DNA of 64,000 nt, from the NCBI GenBank assembly GCA_001244265.2, contig LN717261.1, positions 1,937,591-2,001,590 of the forward strand. The letters are read 5' to 3'. This document shows, piece by piece, positions 21,979 through 34,573 of the stretch; the stretch's first letter is position 1, and each line of letters starts with the position of its first letter. The position numbers were made by a program, and so were the translations under genes. This DNA comes from Microbotryum violaceum. Taxonomy: Eukaryota. The notes beneath the pieces were generated by a model. That model ran no database searches, was not told the DNA's origin, and worked only from the letters and a program-made list of their open reading frames with translations.

Positions 21979-24900
21979 CAGGCAGGCCAGGCCGGGCCAT
22001 GGTACGGTAATGGCCAGCCCTTTTGGATGAGGATTTCGCACGGATCCGCTCCTGATTTCCGCAGGGTCTGACTGGCGCTAGCCTCGCGGTGCTGGATCAT
22101 ACGGATTCCACGGTGGACACGAGAAGAAGTTGAGATTGTCATTTTCTGAGCGCATGAAACCTATTGCAGACAGTTAATCAACTGTTTGGGGATGCTTAAC
22201 ATCTACTCCATTCTTAGCAACCGCTAGTGAGCTGATGCTGTAATGTTTCTACATACCATATAGATTCCAGAGTACCAAAATCTCAGTTTTGCAGAAGGGT
22301 TTCATAAGAAATGCGTACTGGGTACGGACTCATGTTATCCGTACACATGCGTGCACGAAAATTATGGCACCCTTAAGGCATCCCTATGGCCCATATATGG
22401 CCAGCCCATAGGCACGAATACGTGCGAGCCATACGGCAGCCATAGGGCGGTTTGATATAGACTCCCGAAGGAAGCCATAGTGGGACGGTAGGGTGGCCCT
22501 AATGTAGAAGCATGGACGCAATGTGGTACACGTAGGGTATCAATAAGGAGACCAGGCGGCCGCTGTAGTAAATGCTGGACCAGGTGCTGTAGGTACATAT
22601 TGCTCTCTTCTTGCTCCTGTAGACTTATCACACGAAGCACAACACTCTAAAAACATGTTGATACAAGTCTAAAAAACCCCGTTACAAGGTCTCAGAAAGC
22701 CCCCCCCCCATGGTCCACCCCCACTCCACCCCAAGTCGCGCCCGAGTGCCCCTTGCACACGTCGAAGGCTCCAGAGAGCCTGTTCGATAGCGCGTTGCTT
22801 AGGGTTACCCGTCCTCGATCTGCTCCTCATCTTTGAGGGTCTTCCGTCCTCTTCTTCTTCCTTGCCTTTCCCGAATTTTCACCTATCTCCTGGACTGCGT
22901 CCTGTGTTCGCTCAGGGGATCGTTCGTCAGTCCAAGTTCGGCATGTGGTGGACTGAGGGCGCCACTCACGGCTACTCGGCTTGCAAAGCTGAGGTTGTTT
23001 GCTGGGTCATCGACGACTTCAGAACAGACCGCCTGCATTGTGTGGTCGCTGAGGGTGTTCTGGCCAGTCGTGCGGATGCCGGAATGTCGCTTCATCTTCG
23101 ATGCGACCATATCGAAGAGGGACCTTGTACGCGCCAAGAAAGTCACCAAGTGTCAGCATATTCGATTATGCCATGTATCTCACCATGAAGTATGAATCTC
23201 ACGCGTGATGGTCAATCTTCCATTCCTCTTGTAGCCGCCCGCGAGGTGCGTTGTCGCGGCGTCTGCGGCGAGGCTGTCACCATAACGCTTGAGCTTGCTT
23301 GCGAAGCTGTTGGCTTTGGAGTCGCTGGGGTTCGAAACGTTCGGCACCTTCATCGCCTGCCACTGGTATAGCGAATACAAGCGCAGGTCAGGATCGAGGG
23401 TGGAGGCGGGCTCTTCATATATACGCACCAATATACTCCACCAGGTCACGTGCCCTTCCGTGACGGCAACCTGTTGGCCTTTGTACCATTGATTGATGGT
23501 ACGGCCTAGAGTAGCTTTGTCCTTTTGGGATTTATAGATCTGGGAAGAGTTACGATTTTGTCAGGACCGCTCGGAGACCACAAGACGCGAGGCGTCTGCT
23601 CACGTGTCGGAGGAGATCACTACGACCCTGCACCAACAGAGCCGGAATGTTTGAAAGCAGATTGTGGCGGAACGGGAGATTCTTTTTGTACGCTTCGGTA
23701 GGGACGAGGCCGCTTTTCGTCAAGACCAACTGCAGGTGATGAAGCCTGTATGAGACAATCGTGCGCTGGTACCGAAGTGAAGGTCACGTACTGCAAAAGA
23801 CTCCGCCGAAGCCAAGTGCTTGTAAAAGAAGGGGGTAGCCACAAAGATCTTCACCGCGGGGGGGAGTAGGCTCTGCCAATGGTTGTGGAATACGTCTCGT
23901 CAGTTGAATCTAGGCTTCGCGTCCTCACGCGTGGAAATCACACGTACCTTGAGATGGTCGATGCTTGGCGTGTTAATGAGCGTAATCTCTGGCTCGAGCA
24001 TGGCACGTAATGCCTGGAGGTCGCGTCGTATCTGGCCAAGCTGATCTTCAAGGCTCTTGACATCGAGTTCTTCGGTCGAGGACTGTAAGCTTGGCAGGCC
24101 AACGACGGTCGATGCCAGAGAGCAATGGGTCATGACTCTTGTCAGTGGCGCGAAGCGTGGCGGATGATCGCATCGGGCACAGCTCACCTTGCGAGAGTTA
24201 TCGATATACGCTTGTGCGCCTTTCAACTGGCGAATACAGACCTGCAGGAGGGGCAATGACAGTCAGCAGGGTGCGGATTCATCTCAAGGCACACAAGAGC
24301 GCACCCCGAACGTGTCGTCGGGTTCGTCGTCTACGTCCAAGCAGACGACCTTCGTCTTAGTTTGGACCAATCTTCATCTAAGGCCGTCTCGGATGGTAGG
24401 TTGCCATCCATATCACTGCCGTCCCCGTCACCAAAAGCTTCAGAGCTCTGTGTGGGTTTACACTTCGTCAGTGTCGTCTCACTGCTAGACTAGAGGAAAG
24501 CCAGGCCGGGCTCGGACGTACGTCGGATTCCGAGCTTAGATTCAAGCGAGAGGAAGATGAGTCGGGCTTGGTATCGACCTTCTGCACGTCCAGGCGTTCC
24601 CGATTGGTGGGAGATTTAGCTTGGGAGATTTCGCTTTTAGACAATTATCTATGATCGACCTTACCTCTGATTCTGTATTGACCTCATCGACCTCATCGGC
24701 AACTCCCCAGGCACGTTTGCGCTTGGTATCGGTTTCTGAGGAAGCCTGTTTGCGCTGCACCTTGGATAAACGACAGGATGTCAGCCGAGACAAAACCAGA
24801 TCACAAGGTCGCATTCTCAGCTTGTGCGACATACCACCGAGTCCTCGAGGTTGAGGCCATGCGATGCTTCGGGTTCGAGGTGCGTGGAGGCCGCGTGGTG

Positions 24901-25583
24901 AGCGGATGGGCCGACATCGGCGACATGGCTCTTTCCATCAGAAATCGGCTCAAACAGAGGTGAGGCACTGGTTTTCGCGGTAGTGGTGCCAACCGTCAAG
25001 GTCTTCGTGTGAGGGGTGGGGACGCCAAGTGGCGGTGTGATGATGGTGGGTCGACGTAGTGGTAGTGTCGTCCGCAGGCGCATCTTGGGACTTCTTGGCC
25101 GGGTCTTCGTTGATCACGTCTTTAGTCAATTACCCGTGGTCTTGGGAGCTGCCACTTTCTATTGCGTCGTTCGGGGTCGACGAGCAGACGCACGCTGGAT
25201 TGGACGTGTCGGTCAGCCGGTATGGACCCAAGTTGAGTGGAGGTCGCCAGAAAAGGTCGAATCGAGCACGTGGGGTATGATTTTGAAGCACAGGGGTGAA
25301 AAGGACCCACCATGGTGTCGGAGGCAGCGCCTCGAACGCGAAGACGCCTGTGGTTGATCAGAAGTAGGAGGTACGACGTCAAAGGCGAATCAGCAGAGGT
25401 CACGCGGTCACGCGGTCACGCTCGTAGCCCCGTGTGCGACCCGTGCAAAATTTAGCGCAAGGCCTGACGTCATCCCGCAGGCCGCAGGATGCCGGGTTCA
25501 GCCAAAACCTGCAACTTGACTGGCTTTACCGGCTAACTTGGCTCCGCTCGCGCGCTCTACGAAGGAGTCGACAGGCTCTAGTA

Positions 25584-26018
25584 CTACATGTCGATAGCGC
25601 GGCAAAATTGACGGATTCGCGATAGAGTGGCGTGCGTTGGATCAAACGCCTTCTCGTGTACGAGTTTGTGTTCGACGACATTTACAATGGCAGGACCGCA
25701 CGAGAAGGTATCTTGTTGTTGAGGTGCCCTTGTCGTCGTACCGTGATTCACATCAATGATGAGATTAAATACTTTGAAAAGTGCCTCCAGAGCGTTTAGA
25801 GCGGCGACCGTGAGCGTCCTTGAGGAAAGTGAATTGTGTATGGACCAGGCTCCATGTTTCACATCAATCCTTCCCAGGAACCAGTGGTTCTCGTCACAGA
25901 TTGGCAAGAACCAGACCGAGTTGGGGTGTGCCCTGATGAACTGGGCGGTGCTCGCGATCCCGACGCAGTCGTGCCTTGCCCAGTCGGCTAAGCCACAATT
26001 CGAGCTGATATTGTCCAA
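25584..26018 (-). CDS. Ulp1/SENP-like (peptidase C48) domain fragment carried inside the transposon
   Basis: WFLPICDENHWFLGRID...IHNSL...PQQQDTFSCG: catalytic His (HW), oxyanion Gln and Cys (Q..SCG) present; the usual YDS Asp reads as N. Confidence 0.75.
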   Translation of the reverse strand: MDNISSNCGLADWARHDCVGIASTAQFIRAHPNSVWFLPICDENHWFLGRIDVKHGAWSIHNSLSSRTLTVAALNALEALFKVFNLIIDVNHGTTTRAPQQQDTFSCGPAIVNVVEHKLVHEKAFDPTHATLSRIRQFCRAIDM

Positions 26019-27758
26019 GCAAACCTTAACATCAGATGAGTAAGCGTGGGCGTGAAAAGGGTGAACTTACTGAGCAACTTAGTTCACAAGTCGCTTATGC
26101 CCCAGCTGAGCTCGTTGCCCACTGGCCCGCACGGTAACTCGTGCCACGGCAGGTTTAAAAGTGCTTCTTTAGCCTTGCTGATGTAAAATTCGTCGACTAC
26201 GCACTTCTTTTCGACCCTCTTCATCCACTCGAGCGTGTCTTTGATTCTCCTCCGCGCTTCGCACGAGAGGGGTCAATGAAGGCGTTGCAAAATGCTGCCC
26301 AGAATTGTTCGTTCCCGGAAACGATTCAGTCAAAGGCATTCGACCACTGACACGGAATCGCAGGGACCTACCGCAGCGATGTAATCGCGAGGCGACACCA
26401 CGCGAAGGGAGCGTCCGTGAGTCCTCCTTCGTATACTGGCGGGGCTTGAAGAGCGGAATTTCTTTTTCCACGTTGGCCAGAAACTTTTCGACGGAAGACG
26501 CCGCAGGAAGACCCTGCACGCCGAAGGCCTTGGCGAATGCAAGCATGTCATCCAGCGAATGCACGCCGACCCGGCGTTTGTGGGATCTGAAAAACACGAC
26601 GATGATCATCAGCTATGTTCACAAGGGGGTCACCTCCTGGCCGATCGCGTGATTCCGGAGCAACGAGAGTAGATCGGCCCACGTTCTGACTGGGGAAGGG
26701 AAACCAAGGATGCGACGAATCGGGCACGCTTGTGTAGTTGCGCACGCCCAGCCGTGTCCGCATCTCGGGGGTGCCTGTCACCACAGCTACAGACAATAGT
26801 TGGGAAATACTTGCGTTAGTGGGAAATGCACGAGGTGCGTTGCATCATTGCTCGTCCCCACTCACTGATGGAGCCCGCAGTGGCCCAAGTCTGCACCCAG
26901 TCATCCGACTCTTCTTCCTCCGCCCCGCCATCAATCTCGACTTCGCTGTCGGACTTGGAGCCAGTGCCCTGGGAATAGGGCGAGCAACTGCCTTCTGGAA
27001 GGAAGAGGGCGTGGTCGAGAACGGAATCCTCGTGATCACTTGGCGGGGACGGACTGGAAGCAGGCACGCTTTCAGACGACTTGATGATCTCGCCAGCGAC
27101 AGCAAGCAGAGAGTGGCCTACTGTTCCGGTCTCTGCCGAATTTTGATTGAAATCGACCAAGTCCGCCTCGTCGCTGCTCGAGAGCGCCCGAGGCGTGGGG
27201 TGCAGTAACCGGTTGGTCCAATTTACAGCGGGATCGGCTCGACTGTTGTACGCGTCGAGGTGCTTCTTGGTCGTGGCGTGTCGAACGTCACGACGATACC
27301 ACATGCGCTCGCCACCACAGTACCGGCACACATAACCGGCAGAAGCTCGCTGAGAGGACCATTCCAAAACAAAGTATGTGGATTATGGCGATGAGGATGA
27401 TGACATGATGAAAGTGTTCACGTCAACGCGACTTCGAGCCGGCGGCCGGGCGTGGGTCCGAGTGCCGCAAGGAGTCGCTACCACCCAGGTCGGCCGGGAA
27501 CCATGACGTCGTTAGCACCCACCATTCTCCATGACTTGTTCCAAGTCCCTCGACTGAACGGACATCGTGTTGGCTGTCGAGGGGTGTGTTGTGCCCGGGA
27601 CTGTCAAATGGGCAAACGAAAGAGAGGGTGCCAGGGCTCCGCGAAGGCGCCAGGGCCGCTCCAACTGGCTCCTCTCGCCTCCTCTCACAAACGGTCGCTC
27701 TCAGCCACCGCCCCGGGCACGGCCGGAGCCACCCGCAAGCCGCAGACAAGCTCCGAGG

Positions 27759-29279
27759 CAGGGTTCCCCATTAGATAAGATGATCTCGCAGATATTAGAT
27801 ATCTATCTAAAAAAACCGGGCTCTGGCCCTTATCTATCTATCTCCCATCTTAGTCAGATATCTTAGATAGATGCCTAGATATCTAATAGATATCTAAGTG
27901 GGTTAATATGAGATAGAGATAGACACCAAAGGGGGTTTTGGTGGGTATGGTTGATCCTGGTTCAGGGTCAATGAGTCCTACACTATTGGCTTCTGCCAGT
28001 GTGCGTAACAGCATTCCCTCCGACTTTTCCGAAGATTTCTAGGTATTAATATAATTATGCTGTTAATGAAGTCTATCAAATAAATAAAAAGATATCTTAG
28101 GAGATAAGATGCCAGATATCTTCGCTTGGAGGCGGTCGTTTGGGACGCGTGGGAGCCTGTTGGGTGGCCAGTACCACAATTTAAGTATCACAAAATGTGG
28201 ATGAACAGGCAAAGCTGGCTTTCTGTCCACTGTTTTCTGATTCTCTTGTATTGATAAGTGCTGGGAAGACGGATTATTGCTTGGTCAAGCGGGAGAATGC
28301 GTTGAGGCCGATCGTTGTGCTAATCAGTGTCGTCTGAAATCTCCACCTCTGCTGTGAACAACCGCCATGACGTCTTTAACTTTACCTTCTCAGCTGAACT
28401 AGCCAGCTTGCCAGCGATCGTTTGCAGAGCCTCCTCTCAGTCGAAAGTAGTAAGTCTGTGCCTCATCGTTGGTGGCGAATTTTGTACTCGCAAGCTCCTC
28501 CTCAGCCGTGGGGACGTCCGACTCCAAGCTGCTTTAGCAAAGACTGTCGACTACTAGTATAGTCGTTCAGCGAGGTGTGAGAGTGCGAGTGTGCGACGAA
28601 AGAAGAGTAAACGGCGCGGGTACATTGCGAAGTTCCCAAAATGTCGCAATTGCACCTCCTTTCTTTGTGTGATTTGTGTGGTTAGTTGATAAGCACCCTC
28701 AATTGGAAAACAAAGGAAAGTTTGGCTGAACTGAGAATTGAACTCAGGTCCACTCTATTAATCAGAGTTGCTCTGACCGCTGAGCTACTCAACCAGTAGG
28801 AATAGATGAATATGACGGTGCACCCAAGTCACACCGGCGGTGGTTCTACCACACATTGGGAGCCATGGCGGGCGGACTGGTGCACGGTCACATTGACTTC
28901 TACTCCCTCTGGCAGCAAAAACGTCTGAAGGCCTCAGCTCCCAAATTGGCCCGTCGGCAGGCCGTCCCGCCTCACCCGCCTCACCCGCGGTTAGCGCTTG
29001 GGCCAAACCATGCGGCACAAACATGGGGATTGAGCCGAATACGATTTGAAATTCGATGTCCTCGCTAGGGAGCAAGAACCTCCTTAGGGGAAACTACAAC
29101 TTCCAACGCAACAGGAGTCTGTACCAGACACAAAAAAAGTTAAGATATCTAAAGATATCTAAGGAAACCCCCGGGGCCTTATCTATCTATCTAAGATATT
29201 TGGCCCCTAGATAAGATGTCATCTATATCTTAGCAAGATGTGCTAAGATAGATATCTAGACATCTAATGGGGAACCCTG
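27759..29279. mobile_element. Complete non-autonomous hAT-like element, 1521 bp, 18-bp TIRs, 8-bp TSD
   Basis: TIR CAGGGTTCCCCATTAGAT at 27759-27776 and inverted at 29262-29279. TSD CTCCGAGG at 27751-27758 and 29280-29287. Dense AGATATCTA/ATCTATCT subterminal repeats at both ends. Confidence 0.92.
28723..28794 (-). tRNA. tRNA-like gene (72-nt cloverleaf; anticodon position reads TTA; non-canonical anticodon loop), probably a pseudo-tRNA
   Basis: GGTTGAG TA GCTC-AGCGGTCA-GAGC A ACTCT-GATTAAT-AGAGT GGAC CTGAG-TTCAATT-CTCAG TTCAGCC A. All four stems pair, A-box and B-box are recognisable, and a T-run lies just downstream. Confidence 0.8.
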
Positions 29280-29971
29280 CTCCGAGGGACCGAGTCGCCC
29301 CTCGGAGGCTGATCGGCCTCGTACGCGGTGTTGAGCTTGAGGATGCAAGAAAACATAGTCGTGTGACACAAGGGTGGAAACCCACTGTACAATGAGCCCT
29401 GTAGACCGGAGTACTATCTGCGACCGAACGGGACTCTTGGGCTGACAACCATGGCTTCCGTATGGCAGCATATTTATTCTACTGTAGTGCGACCTCATCG
29501 AGCCCGTACGGCATCCCTGCGTGTGCCATATGGCCCGTCGTTATAGAGCCATAAAACGATCCCTATTGCTCCCATATGGCTGCACGACGGACGCCGTAGG
29601 GCTCCCCAACCCCGATGCCTGAAGGATTTTCCCGATGGCCGCCGTATGAAAGCACTATGCGCGCGCTAGGGGAAAATCCTTATGGCTCCGCCGCTAGGGA
29701 AGCCCTACGGAGGCCTTAAGGATTTTATTCCTATCGAGGCATTACAAAATGCCTTATGGAATCCCGAAACTTGCCTCATGGGCCTCATAGGGCAAAAGCT
29801 GCCTTATGCCCTCCATAATTTTCCTACCGCAGGTTCACCTCTGGCTATATATATACGGAATTAGGTTAATCGCGCGAATAGCAGAGCACTTTGGTCCCGA
29901 GGATGGCAACTCTGGTCCCACATCGGAGGCGACTTTGGGATCACATCGGAGCGGACTTTGGGATCACGTCG

Positions 29972-32047
29972 ATGCGGACTTTGGGATCACATCCGAAGAC
30001 CATTCTTGTACCACGTTCATGGGGACTTTGGTACCACATAGTGTAGACCCCTGTATCTCCTGCAATATGTGATGTATCACTCTGGGAACAGTAGTTTGGT
30101 GTATATATAAATCTATAGCACTTCTGGCCGGTGAGACGAGACGGACGAAGCAGTAGTTGCTACATCGATGTTCTGACCCGCTTGGCCTCTCCGCGCCGGT
30201 GGTGTCAGCGGTCCGGCGCCCGAACCGCCAAGGCCGACACTCCCGAACGTGATTGCGCCGACTCGGATTAGACCAGAATTGGCACCGGTCCCTCGCTTCT
30301 CTCATCCATGAAGAACAGTTCATAGAGATCGAGCCAAGATACGGATTCTAATAAGTCACGCTTCGACCTCGGCGGACTTGTGCTTGTATGATCATTGCAG
30401 TTGAACAATGTTCAAACCCCCCCCCCCGATCTCTTTTGCAGGCCCCGAGCAACGACGGCCATCCGCAGAACCTCCACAACAGGTCGACCTTCGCGGGTTG
30501 ACTCCAAGCTTCTAGAAGAGTGATGGGCAGTTTTGGACGTCATCAGATCCCCACTGCCACGTCCGACGGCTGTTGATGATGAGTAGACGAGGGCGCCTTA
30601 CCGTAAGGTCGCTCGACGACAGCGAGACAGCATTTATATTTGCGTGGAGCCCAGTCATGCGTCTGTTGATATATCTCACGAATAAGAGTTAGTTCGATCA
30701 CAGGACGAAACAAAACGTAGCGCAGCACGCAGCTTCGACACACCTCTGTAGCTATGAACCTTGGAGCTCCAGGACAGGGAGGTTGCTTACAAAGTTCCAT
30801 TCGGATTTTTGCTTGCGAGGAACGAGCGGCCTGAGACGGAGCTCGTTGTGCTCTGCAGTGGTGAAGATGATGTTTGAGAGAAATGCCTCCGTGCTTCGTG
30901 TTCGACAGTTCGTCGGTCTGCGTTCCGCCGAGAGAGCTCGCAGGTATGCCGGTCCAAATCTTCTTGTCTCTCCGAGCCAGGAGTGGTGCGGAGACGACGT
31001 TGTCAGGTAATGCCTCCTCTGATCTGTCTTCTTCGACTCCGTAGTATAAATCGCTTGTCGAATCCTCTTCGGAGTCGCTGGAACAGTTCTTGCGAGAGTT
31101 CGAAAGCCCCGAGGCTGAGGAGGTGCGAGACATCGAGGATTTGGGGGAAACCGCGACCAAAGCTGCCGAGAGTTTCGAATCATCCTCATCCTCATATGAA
31201 TCCGATTCATCATCCGATAGGTATGGCTCTGGCGAGCTTTGTTGTCGCAGCGCAATGGGTGAACGGTCCACTTTGTATTTGACTTGCAGTTGGTTCATCG
31301 CTTAAGTTGTTGACATGAGCGTACTTGGCGTCGTTTAGAAGGTACCCCATCCAGGCGTTGTTGTGCTCGAAATGGACGAAGTATCCGCTCAACAAGGAAG
31401 GAAAGGAGTGCTTTGTGTGAGGATTGTATGTGTACGAGTGGGCGAGTGGGGTGTAAAGACGAGGAGCATACGAAGCTTCAATGTTTTTTTTTTTTTTTTT
31501 TTGCTTGTTTGTTTGCTCGCTTGTTTGTTTGTTCGCTTCAGCGGCATTGGTGAGTTTGCCGGTTTCTAATAAGGGTCCTAACGGTTGCAGGCCTTATAAA
31601 GCTAGAGCTCACCCGTGTGGTTTATGTGATGGCGTCACTGAAATGGTTAGTGATAAGGACGTTACAGTGACAAGGCATAGGGAAAAAAGGGTTTACTCCA
31701 CCCTACGATGTTTGTTGCATGCAACGCCTGCTGCCTCGTCACTGCCAGACGTTGGCAGTCCGACAGTCGTCCGGATTGAGGAATCGCTGACACCACCGAC
31801 ACCACCGCCGGGCGCCGGAGCGGCCAAGCAGGCCGGGGAAGAGTAGAGCCCCGATGTAGCAACTACTGCATTGTCCGCCTTGTCTCACCGGCCAGAAGTA
31901 CTATAGCCCTGTACATGCATCAAACTACTGTTCCCAGAGTGCTACATCACACATTGCAAGAGAACCAGGCGTCTACACTATATGTGGTACCAAAGTCCCC
32001 TATGAACGTGGTACAAGAATAACCTCGGATGTGATCCCAAAGTCCGC
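29972..32047. mobile_element. Non-autonomous element bounded by ~240-bp imperfect inverted repeats
   Basis: 29972-30215 is an inverted match to ~31775-32047 (shared blocks include GCGGACTTTGGGATCACATCCGA, ATTCTTGTACCACGTTCAT, CTCTGGGAACAGTAGTTTG, CTTCTGGCCGGTGAGAC, GCAGTAGTTGCTACATCG). There are three tandem GACTTTGGGATCAC units at 29929-29990 and a Ser/Asp-rich ORF 30543-31298 inside. Confidence 0.75.
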
Positions 32048-32647
32048 ACCCCGGAGCCCCACCTTCGGGCCTCCAGTGACGGACTCGATGGATGGTATCC
32101 GAATCCGGCGATCGAGTCGTTGCGATGGTCACTGTCAGTTATAGCGTTAGAGCACAATCATACTGATAACTAGAAATCTTAGAAAAAGTAGGAGGAATGG
32201 TATATGCTTCTATTGATGTGAAAATAGCTTGCTTAGTAGCTGGGTTCATTTAGAAAAGATGTGAATTCCTTCTGGGATCCGGGCAGCCAGTTTGGGATCC
32301 ATTTCAGCAAATGAATTGCAATCTGATTCTCGTTTTACGAACAAGCTCTTAGTCATTTCTCCGAGCTGTCAGAATTCCGTCCTGACTCCTAATGGGTTCG
32401 TAGCCTGGTCAGGCTCGGCGCACTGCTGTACGAGGTACTCACTGGCTAAGTTGCTTAGATGTCATTAGTATGTGTATGTGGGTGGCGCTGTGACGCGTCG
32501 AGCCCGAAGCAGACCAAAATTCAATGCATGGACTGAGTCATCTTTGTCTTGCCGCCGTCTTTCGACTCTTTCGCACGCTTTCCAAGCAAAGTGTCCTATT
32601 TTTGAGCTCTCTCAAGGTCTCCGCTTCGCTCCGACCCCATCATCGTC

Positions 32648-34573
32648 ATGACGGTCGATCCTTTTAGCGACGGCTACGTTCCGCCCGCCTGGGACGCTGC
32701 GCGCCCGATCCCTACCTCCGGCCACCATACGGAGAAGGCGCTTTTGCGAATCGCGGAGGTATGGAGCGACGCAGACGCTGGCCTCCTCACGGAGGCGGAT
32801 GTACTGCTCATCAAGACGGAGGTCGAGAAGCAGTCACTCGATCCTGCAGCCCTCAACTTCTGGGAGAATCAAATCAACATGCTTCCCTTAGGTGTCGAGC
32901 TCAGCATCGAGTCGCTCGCAGATGCCGACATGCATCCCATCCTCGCGCACGCTTTAGGCTCATCTCGTCCAGCCGACTACATCGCTAGCTACGGAACTCG
33001 ATACTGGACAAAGAATCTGCAGTCGTATCGACTCCGCCGCCAGTCATCAGCAGGAGCTCTGTCAGCGAATCAAGCTTACAACGAGGAAGACGAAGCTGAG
33101 GACAACAGCGAGGACGCACACGATGACGCAGCACGCCGTGTCGCATCTATTCGAGGATTGGGGGACCTACCAATTTATGCCCCCAGCGAACTCGACACCG
33201 ATCACGACGGACGTCTCATCGTGCGCTCCAACCTGTTCATCGAAGGCGAACTTCCTTTATCTTCATTGCCTGCCGGCGATGAGGTGATGTACAAATACTC
33301 CTCCCTGCCTCGAGGATGGATCGTTACCGTCACCGCACCGGCCGCGACTCCTGCGGCTCTTCGTGCTTCGAAGCATCTGAAGCGCCCTACTCGGGAGGAC
33401 GACCAGTGGGATACCGAGGAGGAATCCGCCGACGAAACTTCGGAGGAAGCCCAACGTGAAGAGCTAATGGCGCAACTTAATCGACTTGCTCCTCAGGCCA
33501 GGAAGAAGAAGAAAAGCTTACCCGTCCCTTCGACCCGTCGGGCTCCAACCGCGTACCGCCCTTCCGCGCTCGCTCGCGGTACTCGCTCGCGCCAGGACGA
33601 AGACACAGACGACGAGGACGCCCCTTCTTCCATGTCACCCACTCAGGATCGGGACAAGGCAGCGCGGATGTACGAACAGACCTTGGCGATTCCCCCAACG
33701 GCCTACTCCGAGCTCCCCGACTACGTCCTCAAGCGAAGGGATAAGGAAGACATGTACAAGGAAGCCCTGACTTTCCACCGCTCGCACGTCTACCGACTGG
33801 ACAAACAGGCAGCTACCCTCAAAAAGAACCACGGTCTCAAACTCGACGTCATCGAAATCATGAAGGTCCTTACCGGCCAATTCGTGAGCGCTGTTGATGC
33901 CGACAATCCCGCACCCTCGGATTTGTTCTATATGTTCCAGCACTCCTCCGGTAGCAAGTTCTACGGGATCGAAGCTATGATCCAATCGAAAGCGTCCCTT
34001 CCCAAGAAGACGCTCTCGTATGCTGGACACACCGAAGCTTTAATGGAACTCGAACGACTTGAAGGGGTGGTCTTCAACTATCACCAAGGCCGGGATTGGA
34101 AGCACTACACGCGCTTCCTACGCGAGCTGGCGAAGGACTCCCAACTGGGTTTTGACTTCATGGTTCTCTACGACGACGAGTACCGTAAACAGCTCGCCGA
34201 CCCCGACAAGTCGGTCCACTCGCTGCTCGACGCGCATCTAGGCGACAGTGTCTACGCGAAACTGATCAGCAGGTGGCTAGCTCAGACGACTCCCTTTCGC
34301 AATGAGGGCCCGCCTGCGGCGAACCGCGGCTCCTCATCGCACTCTCGTCAGGGTTCAATCCCACCCAAGAAAAAGCGCAACAACGCCTGCAAAAGGTTCA
34401 ACAGAGGCGAGAACCACATTGAGGAGGACTGCCTTTATAGGCATATCTGCTCATCTTGCAAGGGTGGGCACGCAGCTAATAGTGCTGTCTGCCCGAACCG
34501 TCACCTCCAACATGGAGGACGTCTTGTCGTGGCAGCGGCCGGATCAGCGGCTGGTTCTGCCTCTCGGCAGTAG
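32648..34573 (+). CDS. Gag-like ORF1 of the YR retrotransposon (641 aa)
   Basis: Uninterrupted ORF; YDDEYRK segment and C-terminal CKRFN...CLYRHICSSCKGGH....C Zn finger typical of DIRS/Ngaro ORF1. Confidence 0.85.
   Translation: MTVDPFSDGYVPPAWDAARPIPTSGHHTEKALLRIAEVWSDADAGLLTEADVLLIKTEVEKQSLDPAALNFWENQINMLPLGVELSIESLADADMHPILAHALGSSRPADYIASYGTRYWTKNLQSYRLRRQSSAGALSANQAYNEEDEAEDNSEDAHDDAARRVASIRGLGDLPIYAPSELDTDHDGRLIVRSNLFIEGELPLSSLPAGDEVMYKYSSLPRGWIVTVTAPAATPAALRASKHLKRPTREDDQWDTEEESADETSEEAQREELMAQLNRLAPQARKKKKSLPVPSTRRAPTAYRPSALARGTRSRQDEDTDDEDAPSSMSPTQDRDKAARMYEQTLAIPPTAYSELPDYVLKRRDKEDMYKEALTFHRSHVYRLDKQAATLKKNHGLKLDVIEIMKVLTGQFVSAVDADNPAPSDLFYMFQHSSGSKFYGIEAMIQSKASLPKKTLSYAGHTEALMELERLEGVVFNYHQGRDWKHYTRFLRELAKDSQLGFDFMVLYDDEYRKQLADPDKSVHSLLDAHLGDSVYAKLISRWLAQTTPFRNEGPPAANRGSSSHSRQGSIPPKKKRNNACKRFNRGENHIEEDCLYRHICSSCKGGHAANSAVCPNRHLQHGGRLVVAAAGSAAGSASRQ

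Larger units (their letters stand above)
22347..29833 (-). mobile_element. Degenerate EnSpm/CACTA-like basidiomycete DNA transposon with subterminal repeat fields; boundaries approximate
   Basis: CCATA/TATGG-rich repeat fields at 22360-22500 and 29450-29820, and imperfect inverted ends C.TGCG..GAAAATTATGG. Minus-strand pieces include a CRYC..H..TKKH Zn finger, a WFPFPS motif and LAFAKAFGVQGLP. The catalytic core is not found. Confidence 0.5.

Noticed and set aside
28723-28794. Functional ochre suppressor tRNA as a firm call
   Set aside because: G32/A33 in the anticodon loop violate canonical requirements; reported only as tRNA-like.
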